Counted from the first letter of the stretch, positions 44,685 to 55,897 are shown. The stretch is 64,000 bases of DNA from an uncultured Candidatus Saccharibacteria bacterium (GCA_964600255.1 CAZRIX010000002.1:34067-98066); one strand, 5' to 3'. Notes: generated from the sequence alone by a model not told the origin. Program-made: numbers and translations.

Positions 44685-45737
44685 ATGGCCAACATTCAAT
44701 TCAAACCAAAACAAACAACAAAGAGACTGCTTTCAGTTCTACCTGATCGTGCACGTGAGGTATTGATAAAAAGATACGGCCTTGGCAAAAGTACAGAGAA
44801 AATGACTCTTGATGCTATTGGAAAACTATATGGTATCACTCGTGAACGCGTACGTCAGATCGAAAACTATGCACTAGCAAATATTCGTAAGTCTGAATCA
44901 TACAAGACAGAGAAGGTAGCCTTTGCAGAACTAGAAACATTGATCCACAGTTTGGGAGGTATAGTTGTTGAGGAAGATTTCCTTGGTCATGCTTCAAGAG
45001 ATAAAGAACTACAGAACCATATTCACTTTATCCTAGTCATTGGTGATATCTTCAAGAAGAGAAGAGAGGATGACGAATTCAAGCATCGTTGGCATGTAAA
45101 TGAAGAGCTAGCAAAACAAGTAGAGGATTCTCTAAAGAAGCTTTACAGTGGTCTTTCAGATGATGATCTACTTCCTGAATCTGAAATCGTAGGCAAGTTC
45201 CTAGGTCACCTAGAGAATGTTTCTGAAAAATACAAGAATCAAGAAATCATAAAGAGATGGTTGGGTCTTTCAAAGTCTCTTGGCAAAAATGCTATGGGAG
45301 AATGGGGAGTTTCCAGTTCATCAAATATAAAGACAAAGGGTATGCGTGACTATGCATTCCTAGTTATCAGAAAGCATGGTTCTCCTATTCACTTCAAGGA
45401 AGTGGCAAAGCAGATCACTCAAGTTTTCAACAAGAAGGCCCACATTGCAACAACTCATAATGAGCTTATAAAGGACAAGAGATTTGTACTAGTAGGAAGA
45501 GGACTTTATGCACTAAAGGAATGGGGTTACATGTCAGGAGTCGTGAAGGATGTTATAAGAAATATCTTAGAAAAGAACGGTCCTCTAACAAAAGAAGAGA
45601 TTGTGGATAAGGTTATGAAGGAAAGATATGTGAAGGAAAACACAATCATGGTAAATCTTCAGAATCAGAAGCATTTCAAAAAAACTAAGGATGGTAAGTA
45701 CGAAGTGGTAGGTATTGCAACTCCTATTTCAGCTTAG
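44685..45737 (+). CDS. Protein with an N-terminal sigma-70 region-4-like HTH domain and an unknown C-terminal region
   Basis: LLSVLPDRAREVLIKRYGL...MTLDAIGKLYGITRERVRQIENYALANIR resembles sigma-70 region 4.2. The remaining roughly 270 aa have no recognisable domain. Confidence 0.55.
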   Translation: MANIQFKPKQTTKRLLSVLPDRAREVLIKRYGLGKSTEKMTLDAIGKLYGITRERVRQIENYALANIRKSESYKTEKVAFAELETLIHSLGGIVVEEDFLGHASRDKELQNHIHFILVIGDIFKKRREDDEFKHRWHVNEELAKQVEDSLKKLYSGLSDDDLLPESEIVGKFLGHLENVSEKYKNQEIIKRWLGLSKSLGKNAMGEWGVSSSSNIKTKGMRDYAFLVIRKHGSPIHFKEVAKQITQVFNKKAHIATTHNELIKDKRFVLVGRGLYALKEWGYMSGVVKDVIRNILEKNGPLTKEEIVDKVMKERYVKENTIMVNLQNQKHFKKTKDGKYEVVGIATPISA

Positions 45738-45798
45738 TTTGATCTAAAATTTCTATACTTTAAACATGTGTTAAAACATGTGATATAATATTTCCTGT

Positions 45799-47088
45799 AT
45801 GAATTTCATTTCAGTGCTATCTAATCTACTTTCTGAGCAACTCGTAACGACCGTGAGGGATCTAGTCATTCCAGTGATGCCAATGATGTTGGCATACATT
45901 CTCTTTAAGCTATTTTGGCCACTGTGGATAAACTATATTCGATCTGACACCTTTGCAAGAAGGAAATTCACCGTACTTGAGGTCAAACTACCCAGAGACT
46001 CTTTTAGATCACCAGCTGCTATGGAGCTTTTTATCAATGCACTACACAATACATCAGATGGTGGATTTTTTGCACAATATTGGAAAGGGGAAAAGAGACC
46101 TGGATATTCTCTGGAGATCATATCTGTCGAAGGAAAGGTGAAATTTATGATCTATACAGAAGATCAAAGAAAGAATGGAGTTATGGCTGCATTGTATTCA
46201 CAGTTCCCAGGAATAGAAGTTATGGAGGTACCTGACTACACTAGGGGAGTTCAATTTGATCCCAAGGAATCGACTATGTATGCAGCTGAGTTTATTTTTA
46301 CAAAAGAGGATTCAAGTAAGAACATGGCACATGTGTATCCCATAAAGACATATGTTGACTATGGACTTGATAAAGATCCAAAGGAAGAATTTAAAGTTGA
46401 TCCGTTAACGCCTATGATAGAGTTCCTTGGTTCTGTCGGCGCGAACCAGCAAGTTTGGTTTCAATATGTAATAAGGGCAAACATAAAAGAAGTTCAAGGT
46501 TCTCACATATATTTTAAAAAAACACAGCCTTACAAGGACCAGGCAAAGAAGGTTATTAACGAGATCATGGGTAGAGATCCAAAAACAAGGATAGCTGGTA
46601 CAAAGGATAAAGTATCCGGCAGAATTACACCACCCACACTTTCTGATGGAGAAAAGGAAATAGTAAAGGCAATTGAGCGTAACATGGCGAAGCCAGCGTT
46701 TGATGTCGGTATTCGAGTCATATACATGGGAAAGAAGAATGTATTCGACAAGCCAAACGGAATCGGTGGTATTGTTGGGTCTTTCAAACATTTTAGTACA
46801 GAAAACTTCAATGGTCTGAAGCCAAATGGAGACAAATATTCATCCAAATTCTCTGGATTACCATGGCAAGACTACAAAAAGATGAGAGAGACGAAGCAGA
46901 TGAAGATCGCACTCGAAGCATACAAGAGAAGATCATTCTTCTATGATCCAATAAAAAGTAAACATGTAATAATGAGTAGTGAGGAACTTGCAACTCTATA
47001 TCACTTCCCAGGTGCTGTTGCAGCTACTCCAGGTCTAAATCGTATTCCTTCAAAGAAATTCGAGGCTCCTTCAAATCTACCTATATAG
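45799..47088 (+). CDS. Hypothetical protein (429 aa) with an N-terminal hydrophobic segment
   Basis: Long ORF with AT-rich, host-like codon usage and no recognised motifs. Confidence 0.5.
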   Translation: MNFISVLSNLLSEQLVTTVRDLVIPVMPMMLAYILFKLFWPLWINYIRSDTFARRKFTVLEVKLPRDSFRSPAAMELFINALHNTSDGGFFAQYWKGEKRPGYSLEIISVEGKVKFMIYTEDQRKNGVMAALYSQFPGIEVMEVPDYTRGVQFDPKESTMYAAEFIFTKEDSSKNMAHVYPIKTYVDYGLDKDPKEEFKVDPLTPMIEFLGSVGANQQVWFQYVIRANIKEVQGSHIYFKKTQPYKDQAKKVINEIMGRDPKTRIAGTKDKVSGRITPPTLSDGEKEIVKAIERNMAKPAFDVGIRVIYMGKKNVFDKPNGIGGIVGSFKHFSTENFNGLKPNGDKYSSKFSGLPWQDYKKMRETKQMKIALEAYKRRSFFYDPIKSKHVIMSSEELATLYHFPGAVAATPGLNRIPSKKFEAPSNLPI

Positions 47089-47089
47089 T

Positions 47090-48046
47090 ATGCTTAAAAA
47101 TCATATGAAAAAAATTACAGGAGTCATAGTGTCTTTGATAATCGTCATCGTTGCTGTAATCCTGAACCTATCTTCAGCTCCAGATAATTTTCCTAAAACC
47201 CCGTTTGAGTATTCGATTCCAAAAGGTGGTTCACTGTACTCCACATCAAGAGACATGGAAACTAAGGGCATGATCAAGTCAGCTACATTTCTTAAGTACG
47301 CAGTAGCTGTACTTTCATTTAACAGAATAATTAAAGCTGGTGACTACAAATTTGAAGGGCCAGAATCAAGCATACAAATAGCACGAAGACTATATAAAGG
47401 TGACTTTAGGCAAACTAAAATTTCAGTAACAATACCTGAGGGCACAAATGTACGTGATATGGCCCTTATTCTCCTAAAGAATATACCTGGTTTTAATGCA
47501 CCATATTTCGTAAAGATTGCTAATAAGGAAGAGGGGTATCTATATCCTGACACATATTTATTCTTTGAAAATGTTAAAAGTGAAGAGATAGTTAGAACTA
47601 TGAAAGAAAATTTTAATAAAAAAATCTCATCAATAGACCAGGATATAAAAGCTACACAGAAGAGCTTAAGTGATATTGTAATAATGGCGTCTCTAATTGA
47701 AAAGGAATCTAACAATTTAGCTGATAGCAAAATAATTTCAGGGATACTTTGGAAAAGATTGGAGGAGGGCATGCCTTTGCAAGTAGACGCACCCTTCTAT
47801 TATCTAACAGGGAAGACAGGACCATATACGTCAGTAGACTTGAAAATAAAGTCTCCATACAATACATATTTGAATAAAGGCCTTCCGGTAGGACCCATTA
47901 CAAGTCCAAGCTTAGATTCAATAAAAGCTGCAATTAATCCTGTTGACTCGAAATATTATTATTATCTAACCGGCACTGATAAATTAATGCATTACGCCGT
48001 GACGTATCAGGAACATTTAGCGAATAAGGCTAAGTATATTAAATAG
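47090..48046 (+). CDS. mltG: Endolytic murein transglycosylase MltG (YceG family)
   Basis: N-terminal TM helix and a YceG-like domain (GDYKFEGPESSIQIARRLYKG...ASLIEKES...LQVDAPFYY). Confidence 0.8.
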   Translation: MLKNHMKKITGVIVSLIIVIVAVILNLSSAPDNFPKTPFEYSIPKGGSLYSTSRDMETKGMIKSATFLKYAVAVLSFNRIIKAGDYKFEGPESSIQIARRLYKGDFRQTKISVTIPEGTNVRDMALILLKNIPGFNAPYFVKIANKEEGYLYPDTYLFFENVKSEEIVRTMKENFNKKISSIDQDIKATQKSLSDIVIMASLIEKESNNLADSKIISGILWKRLEEGMPLQVDAPFYYLTGKTGPYTSVDLKIKSPYNTYLNKGLPVGPITSPSLDSIKAAINPVDSKYYYYLTGTDKLMHYAVTYQEHLANKAKYIK

Positions 48047-48099
48047 AAAATCACCCGACTAGCGGGTGACGTTCAGCACAATCTGGTTTCGTCTTGCGA

Positions 48100-48570
48100 C
48101 TACTTGCCACGCAAAGTGCTCGGGGTGACAGGCCTTATCTGTCTATCGTCCTTACTACCAGAAATTTGGACGATGGGTGTGAAGTTCGTGTCTTGCGGTC
48201 CTGGAATTTTCATTCGAGTCGCTAGGATGACAGAGTGCGGGGATATTGGAACGCTATCGATCCGCGATCCCATAGGTAGTTGGTGAAAACTGACCTGTGC
48301 TGGCTGTAGAATTGTCAACCAATTTCCATTCCCGTCGTAGTACGACCCGTGCACCTCGTAGGTGCCGTTGGTAATAGTGGTACTGGTTATAACCCACCTA
48401 TGACGCTTCTTTTCCTCCATTCGAGTTAGTACGGCAAGCACCGTGCACACTGCAAATGAAAACAAGATACTTGCAACTGCCAGTTTACGCTTGCTGTTAA
48501 CTAAAAACCAGACGCCAACAAGAATAGAAATGGCCGATACACATCCGAGCAGTATAGAGATATTATTCAT
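48100..48570 (-). CDS. Hypothetical membrane-anchored protein; GC-rich islet
   Basis: Two N-terminal hydrophobic helices and elevated GC. The hairpin CACCCGactaGCGGGTG at 48049-48075 lies between it and mltG. Confidence 0.4.
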   Translation of the reverse strand: MNNISILLGCVSAISILVGVWFLVNSKRKLAVASILFSFAVCTVLAVLTRMEEKKRHRWVITSTTITNGTYEVHGSYYDGNGNWLTILQPAQVSFHQLPMGSRIDSVPISPHSVILATRMKIPGPQDTNFTPIVQISGSKDDRQIRPVTPSTLRGK

Positions 48571-48626
48571 ATGATTTGCGTTGATCCAAAATTAGTTATA
48601 TACTGCATTTCAATAATAGTCAAGGT

Positions 48627-49688
48627 ATGAATATTTCGAGTAAAAGAAAAGTCTATGTTGGTATGTCAGGAGGAGTGGATAGCTCGGTCTCTGCTGCATT
48701 GCTTAAAAAGCGAGGGTACGACGTCACAGGAGTCTTTATCAAGGTTTGGCAACCAGACTGGATAAACTGTACATGGAAAGAAGACCGACTCGATGCTATG
48801 CGAGTTGCTGCAAAGCTAGAAATTCCATTTATCACACTAGATCTAGAGAAAGAGTATAAGGAGGAAGTGGTGGACTATATGATAAACGAATACAAGGCTG
48901 GCAGAACCCCAAACCCCGATGTGATGTGCAATCGTTACGTAAAGTTTGGAGGGTTTTTCGACTGGGCCATGAAACAAGGAGCTGACTATGTCGCAACAGG
49001 ACATTACGCGCAGGTTATAGACAATAACCTGGTAGCAGGCAACGACAAAAACAAAGACCAAACATATTTCCTATGGACCCTAAAGAAAGAACATTTAGCA
49101 AAAACGATATTTCCCGTAGGTAACATTGAGAAACCAGAGGCAAGAAAGCTGGCAAAAAAGTTCAATTTACCCAATGCAGAGAAGAAAGATAGCCAGGGAC
49201 TATGTTTCATAGGCAAAATAGATATAAAAGAGTTTCTAACGCACTATATAGACTCAAAACCAGGCATAGTTCTAAATGAAGACGGTGAGAATATCGGCGA
49301 GCACGATGGAAGCTTTTTCTATACCATAGGCGAGAGACACGGTTTTAATATAACAAAGAAAACACCGAATGATGAACCATACTATGTGATCTCAAAAGAC
49401 ATAGTCCGCAATACAATCACGGTCGCAAACAAGAATAGTGACGGAGAACTTCCAAATGGAATTACAAGGATAAAGCTAAGAGACGTAAATTGGAATACGG
49501 GTGAGGAACAAATAGGAAAAAATCTCAAGGCTCGCTCTCGATATAGAGCAGAACTGCAGGACATAAAGTTTATAGATGAAAGTACGGTGGAGTTTGCAAA
49601 ACCTCAGTACACTATCTCACCCGGACAGTCACTTGTCATATACGATGGGGAAATATGCCTAGGGGGAGGGATTATAGATATGATATAA
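48627..49688 (+). CDS. mnmA: tRNA-specific 2-thiouridylase
   Basis: PP-loop SGGVDSS, catalytic Cys residues, C-terminal beta-barrel. Confidence 0.9.
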   Translation: MNISSKRKVYVGMSGGVDSSVSAALLKKRGYDVTGVFIKVWQPDWINCTWKEDRLDAMRVAAKLEIPFITLDLEKEYKEEVVDYMINEYKAGRTPNPDVMCNRYVKFGGFFDWAMKQGADYVATGHYAQVIDNNLVAGNDKNKDQTYFLWTLKKEHLAKTIFPVGNIEKPEARKLAKKFNLPNAEKKDSQGLCFIGKIDIKEFLTHYIDSKPGIVLNEDGENIGEHDGSFFYTIGERHGFNITKKTPNDEPYYVISKDIVRNTITVANKNSDGELPNGITRIKLRDVNWNTGEEQIGKNLKARSRYRAELQDIKFIDESTVEFAKPQYTISPGQSLVIYDGEICLGGGIIDMI

Positions 49689-49695
49689 TCTCCGC

Positions 49696-50538
49696 ATGAA
49701 TCACCTGATAACCATAACAAAAGCTGACGGTAAGAAGGAACTTTTTGAAGAAACAAAACTCATAGACTCACTTCGAAACGCCGGAGGCAATGAGGTTATC
49801 ATCGAGGAAATACTAGAACAACTAAACAAAGAGATTTACGACGGAATGCCAACTAGCGAGATCTATTCAAAAGCATTCCATCTTTTACGCAGCCATTCTA
49901 TGCCGATGGCAGTAAAATATTCTCTTCGTCGAGCGCTATCTGAACTTGGTCCAGACGGTTTTCCATTTGAAAAATACGTGGCAAAGATTTTCCAAACTTG
50001 GGGTTACGAAACTTTAACAGATCAAACTGTTTTGGGAATTTGCGTACCACACGAAGTAGATGTAGTTGCTTGGAACAAAGACAAGCTAATCATGGTTGAA
50101 GCCAAGTTCCACAATGAACTCGATCTCAAGTCAGACTTGAAGGTTGCATTGTATATAAAAGCACGTTTTGACGATCTAAGGGGAAATCTATTTAACTATG
50201 GAGGAATACAGAGAAGACTTGATGAAGGATGGCTTATAACAAACACAAAGTTTACAGAACAAGCGATCCGCTACGGTGAATGTAACAAGCTAAAGATGCT
50301 AGGTTGGAACTATCCAGTTCGAGGCAACTTGCAAGACATCATTGAAGAATTACGTTTACATCCTTTCACATGTCTAACCTCACTTTCAAATGTTCACAAA
50401 AAAGCATTACTACAAAAGGGTGTAGTCATTTGTATGGAAATTTATGAAAATCAGTCTGTTCTAACTGAAATTGGTATGAAGCAAGATGATATCAAGCTAG
50501 TGATTGACGAAATCAAAACAGTTTGCGATATTAAGTAG
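49696..50538 (+). CDS. ATP-cone domain fused to a PD-(D/E)xK (Mrr-like) restriction-endonuclease-fold domain
   Basis: N-terminal ATP-cone ([22 protein letters not shown]...) and a nuclease core [18 protein letters not shown] (D...EAK). Confidence 0.6.
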   Translation: MNHLITITKADGKKELFEETKLIDSLRNAGGNEVIIEEILEQLNKEIYDGMPTSEIYSKAFHLLRSHSMPMAVKYSLRRALSELGPDGFPFEKYVAKIFQTWGYETLTDQTVLGICVPHEVDVVAWNKDKLIMVEAKFHNELDLKSDLKVALYIKARFDDLRGNLFNYGGIQRRLDEGWLITNTKFTEQAIRYGECNKLKMLGWNYPVRGNLQDIIEELRLHPFTCLTSLSNVHKKALLQKGVVICMEIYENQSVLTEIGMKQDDIKLVIDEIKTVCDIK

Positions 50539-50540
50539 TA

Positions 50541-52397
50541 ATGAATACAAAACAAATTACCGCATTTAACAAAAAGTATAAAAAGGACTCATCACTACTT
50601 GAGTATCTTAATTCTGAGTACTACAAACTACATAAAAAGTATGAGGATCTTTTCTGGAATACATACATGGGTATTTCCAAGGACTTAAAGACGGACGGGG
50701 AGAAGAAGATAAAGGCAGAAGCCGCACGTGATGCCTTTAGATCCAATAGACATCTAAAAGCGCTAGTTGACGAGAGAATAAAAACTGCAAAATCTGCAGA
50801 TAAGAAAAGACTCGAGATATGGTCTGACTTTTTTTCACTATTTCAAATACCAGAGAATGCAGTTCCAATTCGTGAGAAGGTAGCAAAACTAGAAGAGGAG
50901 CTAGCTACAAAAGTAAAAAGTAGAGAGGAAGGATACATTGATCCGAAGACTGGAAAGTTCGTTATTGCGTCTAGAAACAAAATGAGAACTACCATGCGCA
51001 CCGATTCAGACGAGGCAATTCGTAAAGCGTGTTTTGAGGCACTTGAGAAGCTTCCAATGGAGCATATTGATACATATATCGATATCATAAATGGTAGAAA
51101 CGAATATGCACAAGCGTTAGGTTATGAGGATTTCTATGACTACAAGATTCATCTCGATGAGGGCATGACAAAGGATGAGCTTTTCTCTATTTTTGACAAA
51201 ATCTATGATAAAACCAAATACGCATTTGAGAATATTAGAAAACTAGAAGAGAGTATGCCTGGCCTACGTAAGCCTTGGAACTTCGGGTACATGATGTCTG
51301 GTGATTTTGCAAAAGAGGAGGATCCGTATTTCCAATTTGAGAATGTGATTAATGTGTGGGGAAGGTCATTTTCTGCTCTAGGAATCGATTATAAGGGTGG
51401 AGAACTAAAACTTGATCTACTTGATAGAAAAGGTAAATATGACAATGGCTTTTGTCACTATCCAAAACTAGTAACTTACGATAAGAAGAATAGATTGGTC
51501 CCAGGATCATCAAACTTTACCTCAAATGCCATACCGAAACAGATAAGCTCAGGTGCAGGGGGTATCCATACTGTATTTCATGAAGCTGGGCACGCAGCAG
51601 ATAGACTGAACTCGGTTCAAAGAGAGGTCTGTATAAATAGTGAGTATCCACCAAATGCGGTGTCATGGGCAGAAACACAGAGTATGTTCATGGACTCAAT
51701 ATCAAGTAGTATTGAATGGAGAATGAGATATGCAAAGAATAACGAGGGTAAGTCATATCCATTTGATCTATACGAACGAAGGGTCAGGAAGTTGCATCCT
51801 TTAATACCACTCGACATGATGTCTATTATGTTTGTTATGAATTTTGAGAGGAGAATATATGAATGTAAGAATCTAACAAAAGATTTTGTAATCAAGACTG
51901 CGTATGAGGTCAATAAAATGTATTTTGATCGCTCAGAAGACAGTATTTCAATATTAAATGTCCCTCATATATATTCATGGGAGTCATCAGCGTATTACCA
52001 CGGTTATGGATTAGCAGAACTTGGAGTTAGTCAGTGGAGGGAGTATTTCTACAAAAAGTACGGCTATATTGTGGACAATCCTAAAGTCGGCAAAGAGATG
52101 ACAAAGGTTTGGAGATACGCTTCACTTTACAAACCAAAGGTATTGGTAAAGATGGCAACAGGCAAAACATTAACAGCTGATGCATATATCAACGAGATTA
52201 CTAGAGATATCGACGAGATTCTGAAAACTGCAAAGCAGAGAGTTTCAAGACTAGAAAAAGTTCCGGTAAACAAAAAACCTGTTCGTCTAAATGCAAAAAT
52301 TACTATGATCCATGGTGCCAAAAAGATTGCTGATAACAAGAAAAGTTTCGAGGATATGGAGAGAAAGTACAGGAAGTGGGTCTTGGAGCAAAAATAG
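50541..52397 (+). CDS. Putative zinc metallopeptidase (HExxH; M3/M32-like oligopeptidase/carboxypeptidase fold)
   Basis: HEAGH motif ([14 protein letters not shown]) in a roughly 600-aa all-helical protein. It starts 3 nt after the preceding gene ends. Confidence 0.5.
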   Translation: MNTKQITAFNKKYKKDSSLLEYLNSEYYKLHKKYEDLFWNTYMGISKDLKTDGEKKIKAEAARDAFRSNRHLKALVDERIKTAKSADKKRLEIWSDFFSLFQIPENAVPIREKVAKLEEELATKVKSREEGYIDPKTGKFVIASRNKMRTTMRTDSDEAIRKACFEALEKLPMEHIDTYIDIINGRNEYAQALGYEDFYDYKIHLDEGMTKDELFSIFDKIYDKTKYAFENIRKLEESMPGLRKPWNFGYMMSGDFAKEEDPYFQFENVINVWGRSFSALGIDYKGGELKLDLLDRKGKYDNGFCHYPKLVTYDKKNRLVPGSSNFTSNAIPKQISSGAGGIHTVFHEAGHAADRLNSVQREVCINSEYPPNAVSWAETQSMFMDSISSSIEWRMRYAKNNEGKSYPFDLYERRVRKLHPLIPLDMMSIMFVMNFERRIYECKNLTKDFVIKTAYEVNKMYFDRSEDSISILNVPHIYSWESSAYYHGYGLAELGVSQWREYFYKKYGYIVDNPKVGKEMTKVWRYASLYKPKVLVKMATGKTLTADAYINEITRDIDEILKTAKQRVSRLEKVPVNKKPVRLNAKITMIHGAKKIADNKKSFEDMERKYRKWVLEQK

Positions 52398-52430
52398 AAA
52401 AAGCTAATATTTTATGCTAAACTCATTGGC

Positions 52431-54233
52431 ATGAACAAAGTTAATACAAAGCTAACAGGAGCAGAGATCCGATCTAGATTCCTTAAGTTTTTTGAAAAAA
52501 GGGGACATGTCATAATCCCTTCTGCCTCTCTAGTTACTCCAGATGAAAAGGGTATTACCAACTCTACACTTTTTAACACTGCAGGAATGCAACCTTTGGT
52601 GCCATATTTACTTGGCAAACCTCACCCTCAAGGTACACGTCTAGCTGATGCACAGAAAGTTCTTCGTACTGTTGATATAGATGATATCGGCGACAAGACT
52701 CACGCTACTTTTTTTGAAATGTTGGGTAACTGGTCACTAGGAGATTATTTCAAAAAGGAGGCGATAGAATGGAGTTATGAATTCCTTACATCAAAAGAAG
52801 AGGGTCTTGGTCTCGATCCTAGAAGACTGTATGTTACTGTTTTTGAAGGAGATGAAAATGCACCTAGAGACGAAGAAGCTGCACTTATTTGGAAAGACAT
52901 TTTTGCCAAGAACAATATTGAAGGAAATAGAATTTTCTATTTACCAGCAAAAAATAACTGGTGGGAAGCAGGAGACAACGGTCCATGTGGACCAGATACC
53001 GAGATGTTCTACGACATAACAAATAGATTTAATGGTCGTGGAATAACTCACGAAGAACACGTTCAAGCTGACGATGTGCGTGATGTAATAGAGATTTGGA
53101 ATGATGTTTTCATGCAGTATGAGAAAAAGGATGGGAAGATCATAGGCAAGCTTCCAAAGCCGTCTGTTGATACTGGTGCTGGATTAGAGAGATTGCTTAT
53201 CACCCTACAAGGTGTTGATAATATTTACGATACAGATCTACTAAAGCCTGCAATGGATTTTGTTCGCAACTCGGCAAAGAATTTTGATCTTAAGTCTGCA
53301 AGAATTATCGCTGACCATATTCGTTCTGCTACTTTCCTGATCAGTGATGGAGTAATTCCTTCAAATACAGATCGCGGATATATCCTAAGACGCCTACTTC
53401 GTCGTGCCATAGTAAATGCAAACAGAATGGGAATGCCAGAATTCAGTCTAAAGGACTTAGTAAATATATATTCAGAAATTTACTCAGATTCATACCCAGA
53501 ACTCACAGAGAAATCTGAGAATATTAGAGCAGAGATAAATCAAGAGGAGGAGAAATTTAGACATACTTTGGAAAAAGGTCTGAGAGAATTCGAAAAAGGC
53601 ACAGATCCTTTTACACTTTTCTCAAGTTATGGTTTTCCACTTGAACTTACCGTAGAACTTTCGAAAGAAAAAGGCATAGATATTGATATTAAAAAGTTCG
53701 AAGCAGAATTTAAGAAACATCAAGACCTATCTCGTGCCGGTGCTGAGCAAAAGTTCAAAGGAGGACTCTCTGATGCTGAAAACCCTATGGTTGTGAAGTA
53801 CCATACAGCAACCCACCTACTTCACCAAGCACTACATGATGTTCTAGGAGATGGTGTTGGTCAAAAGGGATCAAACATTACACCAGAGAGACTACGCTTT
53901 GATTTCTCATACGATAAGAAAATGACAGATGAGGAGAAGAAGAGGGTTGAGGATATAGTAAATGAAAAAATAAAGGCAAGTCTACCGATGAACAATGTCA
54001 TTATGCCAAAAGAGAAGGCATTAGAAACTGGTGCTAGACATTTCTTTGGAGAAAAGTATGGTGATGATGTTTCTATATACTATATTGGTAACAATCTAGA
54101 AACTGCATATTCAAAAGAGTTCTGTGGTGGTCCTCACGTAAAGAATACCTCTGAACTTGGAACATTTAAGATACAAAAAGAGGAGGCCAGTTCACAGGGA
54201 GTTAGAAGAATAAAAGCTGTATTGACACCATAG
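52431..54233 (+). CDS. alaS: Alanyl-tRNA synthetase, short form (catalytic plus tRNA-recognition plus editing domains; lacks the C-terminal C-Ala/DHHA1 domain)
   Basis: Class II motifs (FNTAGMQP), the editing HxxxH (HTATHLLHQALH) and CGGPHV. Only 600 aa. Confidence 0.9.
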   Translation: MNKVNTKLTGAEIRSRFLKFFEKRGHVIIPSASLVTPDEKGITNSTLFNTAGMQPLVPYLLGKPHPQGTRLADAQKVLRTVDIDDIGDKTHATFFEMLGNWSLGDYFKKEAIEWSYEFLTSKEEGLGLDPRRLYVTVFEGDENAPRDEEAALIWKDIFAKNNIEGNRIFYLPAKNNWWEAGDNGPCGPDTEMFYDITNRFNGRGITHEEHVQADDVRDVIEIWNDVFMQYEKKDGKIIGKLPKPSVDTGAGLERLLITLQGVDNIYDTDLLKPAMDFVRNSAKNFDLKSARIIADHIRSATFLISDGVIPSNTDRGYILRRLLRRAIVNANRMGMPEFSLKDLVNIYSEIYSDSYPELTEKSENIRAEINQEEEKFRHTLEKGLREFEKGTDPFTLFSSYGFPLELTVELSKEKGIDIDIKKFEAEFKKHQDLSRAGAEQKFKGGLSDAENPMVVKYHTATHLLHQALHDVLGDGVGQKGSNITPERLRFDFSYDKKMTDEEKKRVEDIVNEKIKASLPMNNVIMPKEKALETGARHFFGEKYGDDVSIYYIGNNLETAYSKEFCGGPHVKNTSELGTFKIQKEEASSQGVRRIKAVLTP

Positions 54234-54323
54234 ATATTTGATGTTAATATATAACTATATAACTTAACGTATGCCTTTATATCCCGAAAGGGGGAAGTTG
54301 GGCGATTCAAAGTACATTGTCGT

Positions 54324-54674
54324 ATGAGCAACAGAAACATTTTCATAATGTTGTTGGTTATCGCTGGGGCAGTTTTCGGATTCAAGAAAGTCGAAAAGTC
54401 CCAGGAGGAGCTGAATCATCAGATCCTTACAGGGAAGACCTTTGAGGTGATTCCAGTGATGACAGGTGATCGTTGGGTGGTCTCGACCTCAGGCTACTTA
54501 CCTGAACTCGGGGTCTTCCAAGTGATGACCACGAATGCTAGGGGAAGGGCCATGTTTGGATTCTGCAAGATCCCGATACCGCCCGGTGCCGAGGTGAAGT
54601 TTGAAGAGTACCAATTCTATCCACATGTGGATGTTGGGAAGTGCAAACTTTACATGGCTTCCCGGAAGCATTGA
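54324..54674 (+). CDS. Small secreted/anchored protein; GC-rich
   Basis: N-terminal hydrophobic segment (IFIMLLVIAGAVFGF). Elevated GC. Confidence 0.4.
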   Translation: MSNRNIFIMLLVIAGAVFGFKKVEKSQEELNHQILTGKTFEVIPVMTGDRWVVSTSGYLPELGVFQVMTTNARGRAMFGFCKIPIPPGAEVKFEEYQFYPHVDVGKCKLYMASRKH

Positions 54675-54766
54675 TTAGGGTCTGCCGTGCCAGTCGCATA
54701 GGCAGGCCTTTTCTATTTCTATTTCCACAGCAGCTATATTCATACACATGCTATAATAGACAAATC

Positions 54767-55897
54767 ATGTTCCAACTTTTTTCTAATAAAAAAGAGGGTA
54801 AAAGAAGTCTAATCCTAGATATTCAAAGTGGTCTAGTTCGTGGCGCGATAGTTTTAAAAAAAGATGACAATAGTTCTTTGGTCACATCACTAGTCACAAA
54901 GGCAATATCAGGCACTACCGAGATAAAAAATGCCGAGCATCTTACAAAACGAACTATAAAACTTCTATCCGAGGTTGTAGAACATTTGGCTCGAGACAAT
55001 GGATCATATGAGTTAGACAAAATCGAATACATACTCTCATCACCTTGGGTACATTCAAAACTCAAAACCGTGAAGGTAAAATATGACACAGAAACCGTTG
55101 TGGACAAGAATACCTTGATGGAAATCATCAAGGAAGATGCAGCTGATGCCAACACAACCAAGGATTCAAGGCTGATAGAGAGAAACATCTTTGATGTAAG
55201 GCTAAATGGATATCCAACTACCAACATCGTTAACAAAAAAGCACATGAGCTTGAGGTATCACTCGTAACATCATTTAGCTCAGACAAGTTCCTATCAAAG
55301 GTTAGTGCGACTGTGACCAAGTTTTTCAACTGCAAGAACGACACTTTGCATTCGGGATTACTACTACAATATACGGCTTTGCGTAATATCCTAAATGACA
55401 AAAATGAGTTCATTTACATACATGTTCATAGTGAATTGACCGATATGATAATCATAAAGGATGGTCTATGTCGGCACATAGCGAGTTATCCTTTTGGGAT
55501 AAAGACGCTATTGAGAAAAGTATCTAAGAGTACAAAAGAAACTATCGAGTCTAGTGATTCTATGCTTTCACTTTACCAAGGATCAAAACTAAGTGAAGTT
55601 GAACAAAATAGAATGAAAGATATAGTAAATCCATTAATATTGGAATGGAATAAACTTGGCAGTGATTCGTTTAAGGATATTTTTGATATAACAAATATAC
55701 CCAAGACGGTGTATCTATCCGCACACAGTCATTTTGATTTATTCAAACAGGCCCTAATTTTTGATAATAGCTTTAATTTTGATGTCATTTCATATGAATC
55801 TATTGATGTAGGCGATAACAATATTATATTCGCAAAAGGAGTAGCTCAGAGCAATATGATGAAAATATATGCGATTGCATTGAATGATAAAATATAA
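54767..55897 (+). CDS. Actin-like ATPase-fold protein (FtsA/PilM-like), divergent
   Basis: The N-terminus LILDIQSGLVRGAIV resembles an actin-fold phosphate-1 loop. A degenerate second motif (IHVHSELTDMIIIKDG) is also present. The ORF opens at 54641, so the start is uncertain. Confidence 0.4.
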   Translation: MFQLFSNKKEGKRSLILDIQSGLVRGAIVLKKDDNSSLVTSLVTKAISGTTEIKNAEHLTKRTIKLLSEVVEHLARDNGSYELDKIEYILSSPWVHSKLKTVKVKYDTETVVDKNTLMEIIKEDAADANTTKDSRLIERNIFDVRLNGYPTTNIVNKKAHELEVSLVTSFSSDKFLSKVSATVTKFFNCKNDTLHSGLLLQYTALRNILNDKNEFIYIHVHSELTDMIIIKDGLCRHIASYPFGIKTLLRKVSKSTKETIESSDSMLSLYQGSKLSEVEQNRMKDIVNPLILEWNKLGSDSFKDIFDITNIPKTVYLSAHSHFDLFKQALIFDNSFNFDVISYESIDVGDNNIIFAKGVAQSNMMKIYAIALNDKI

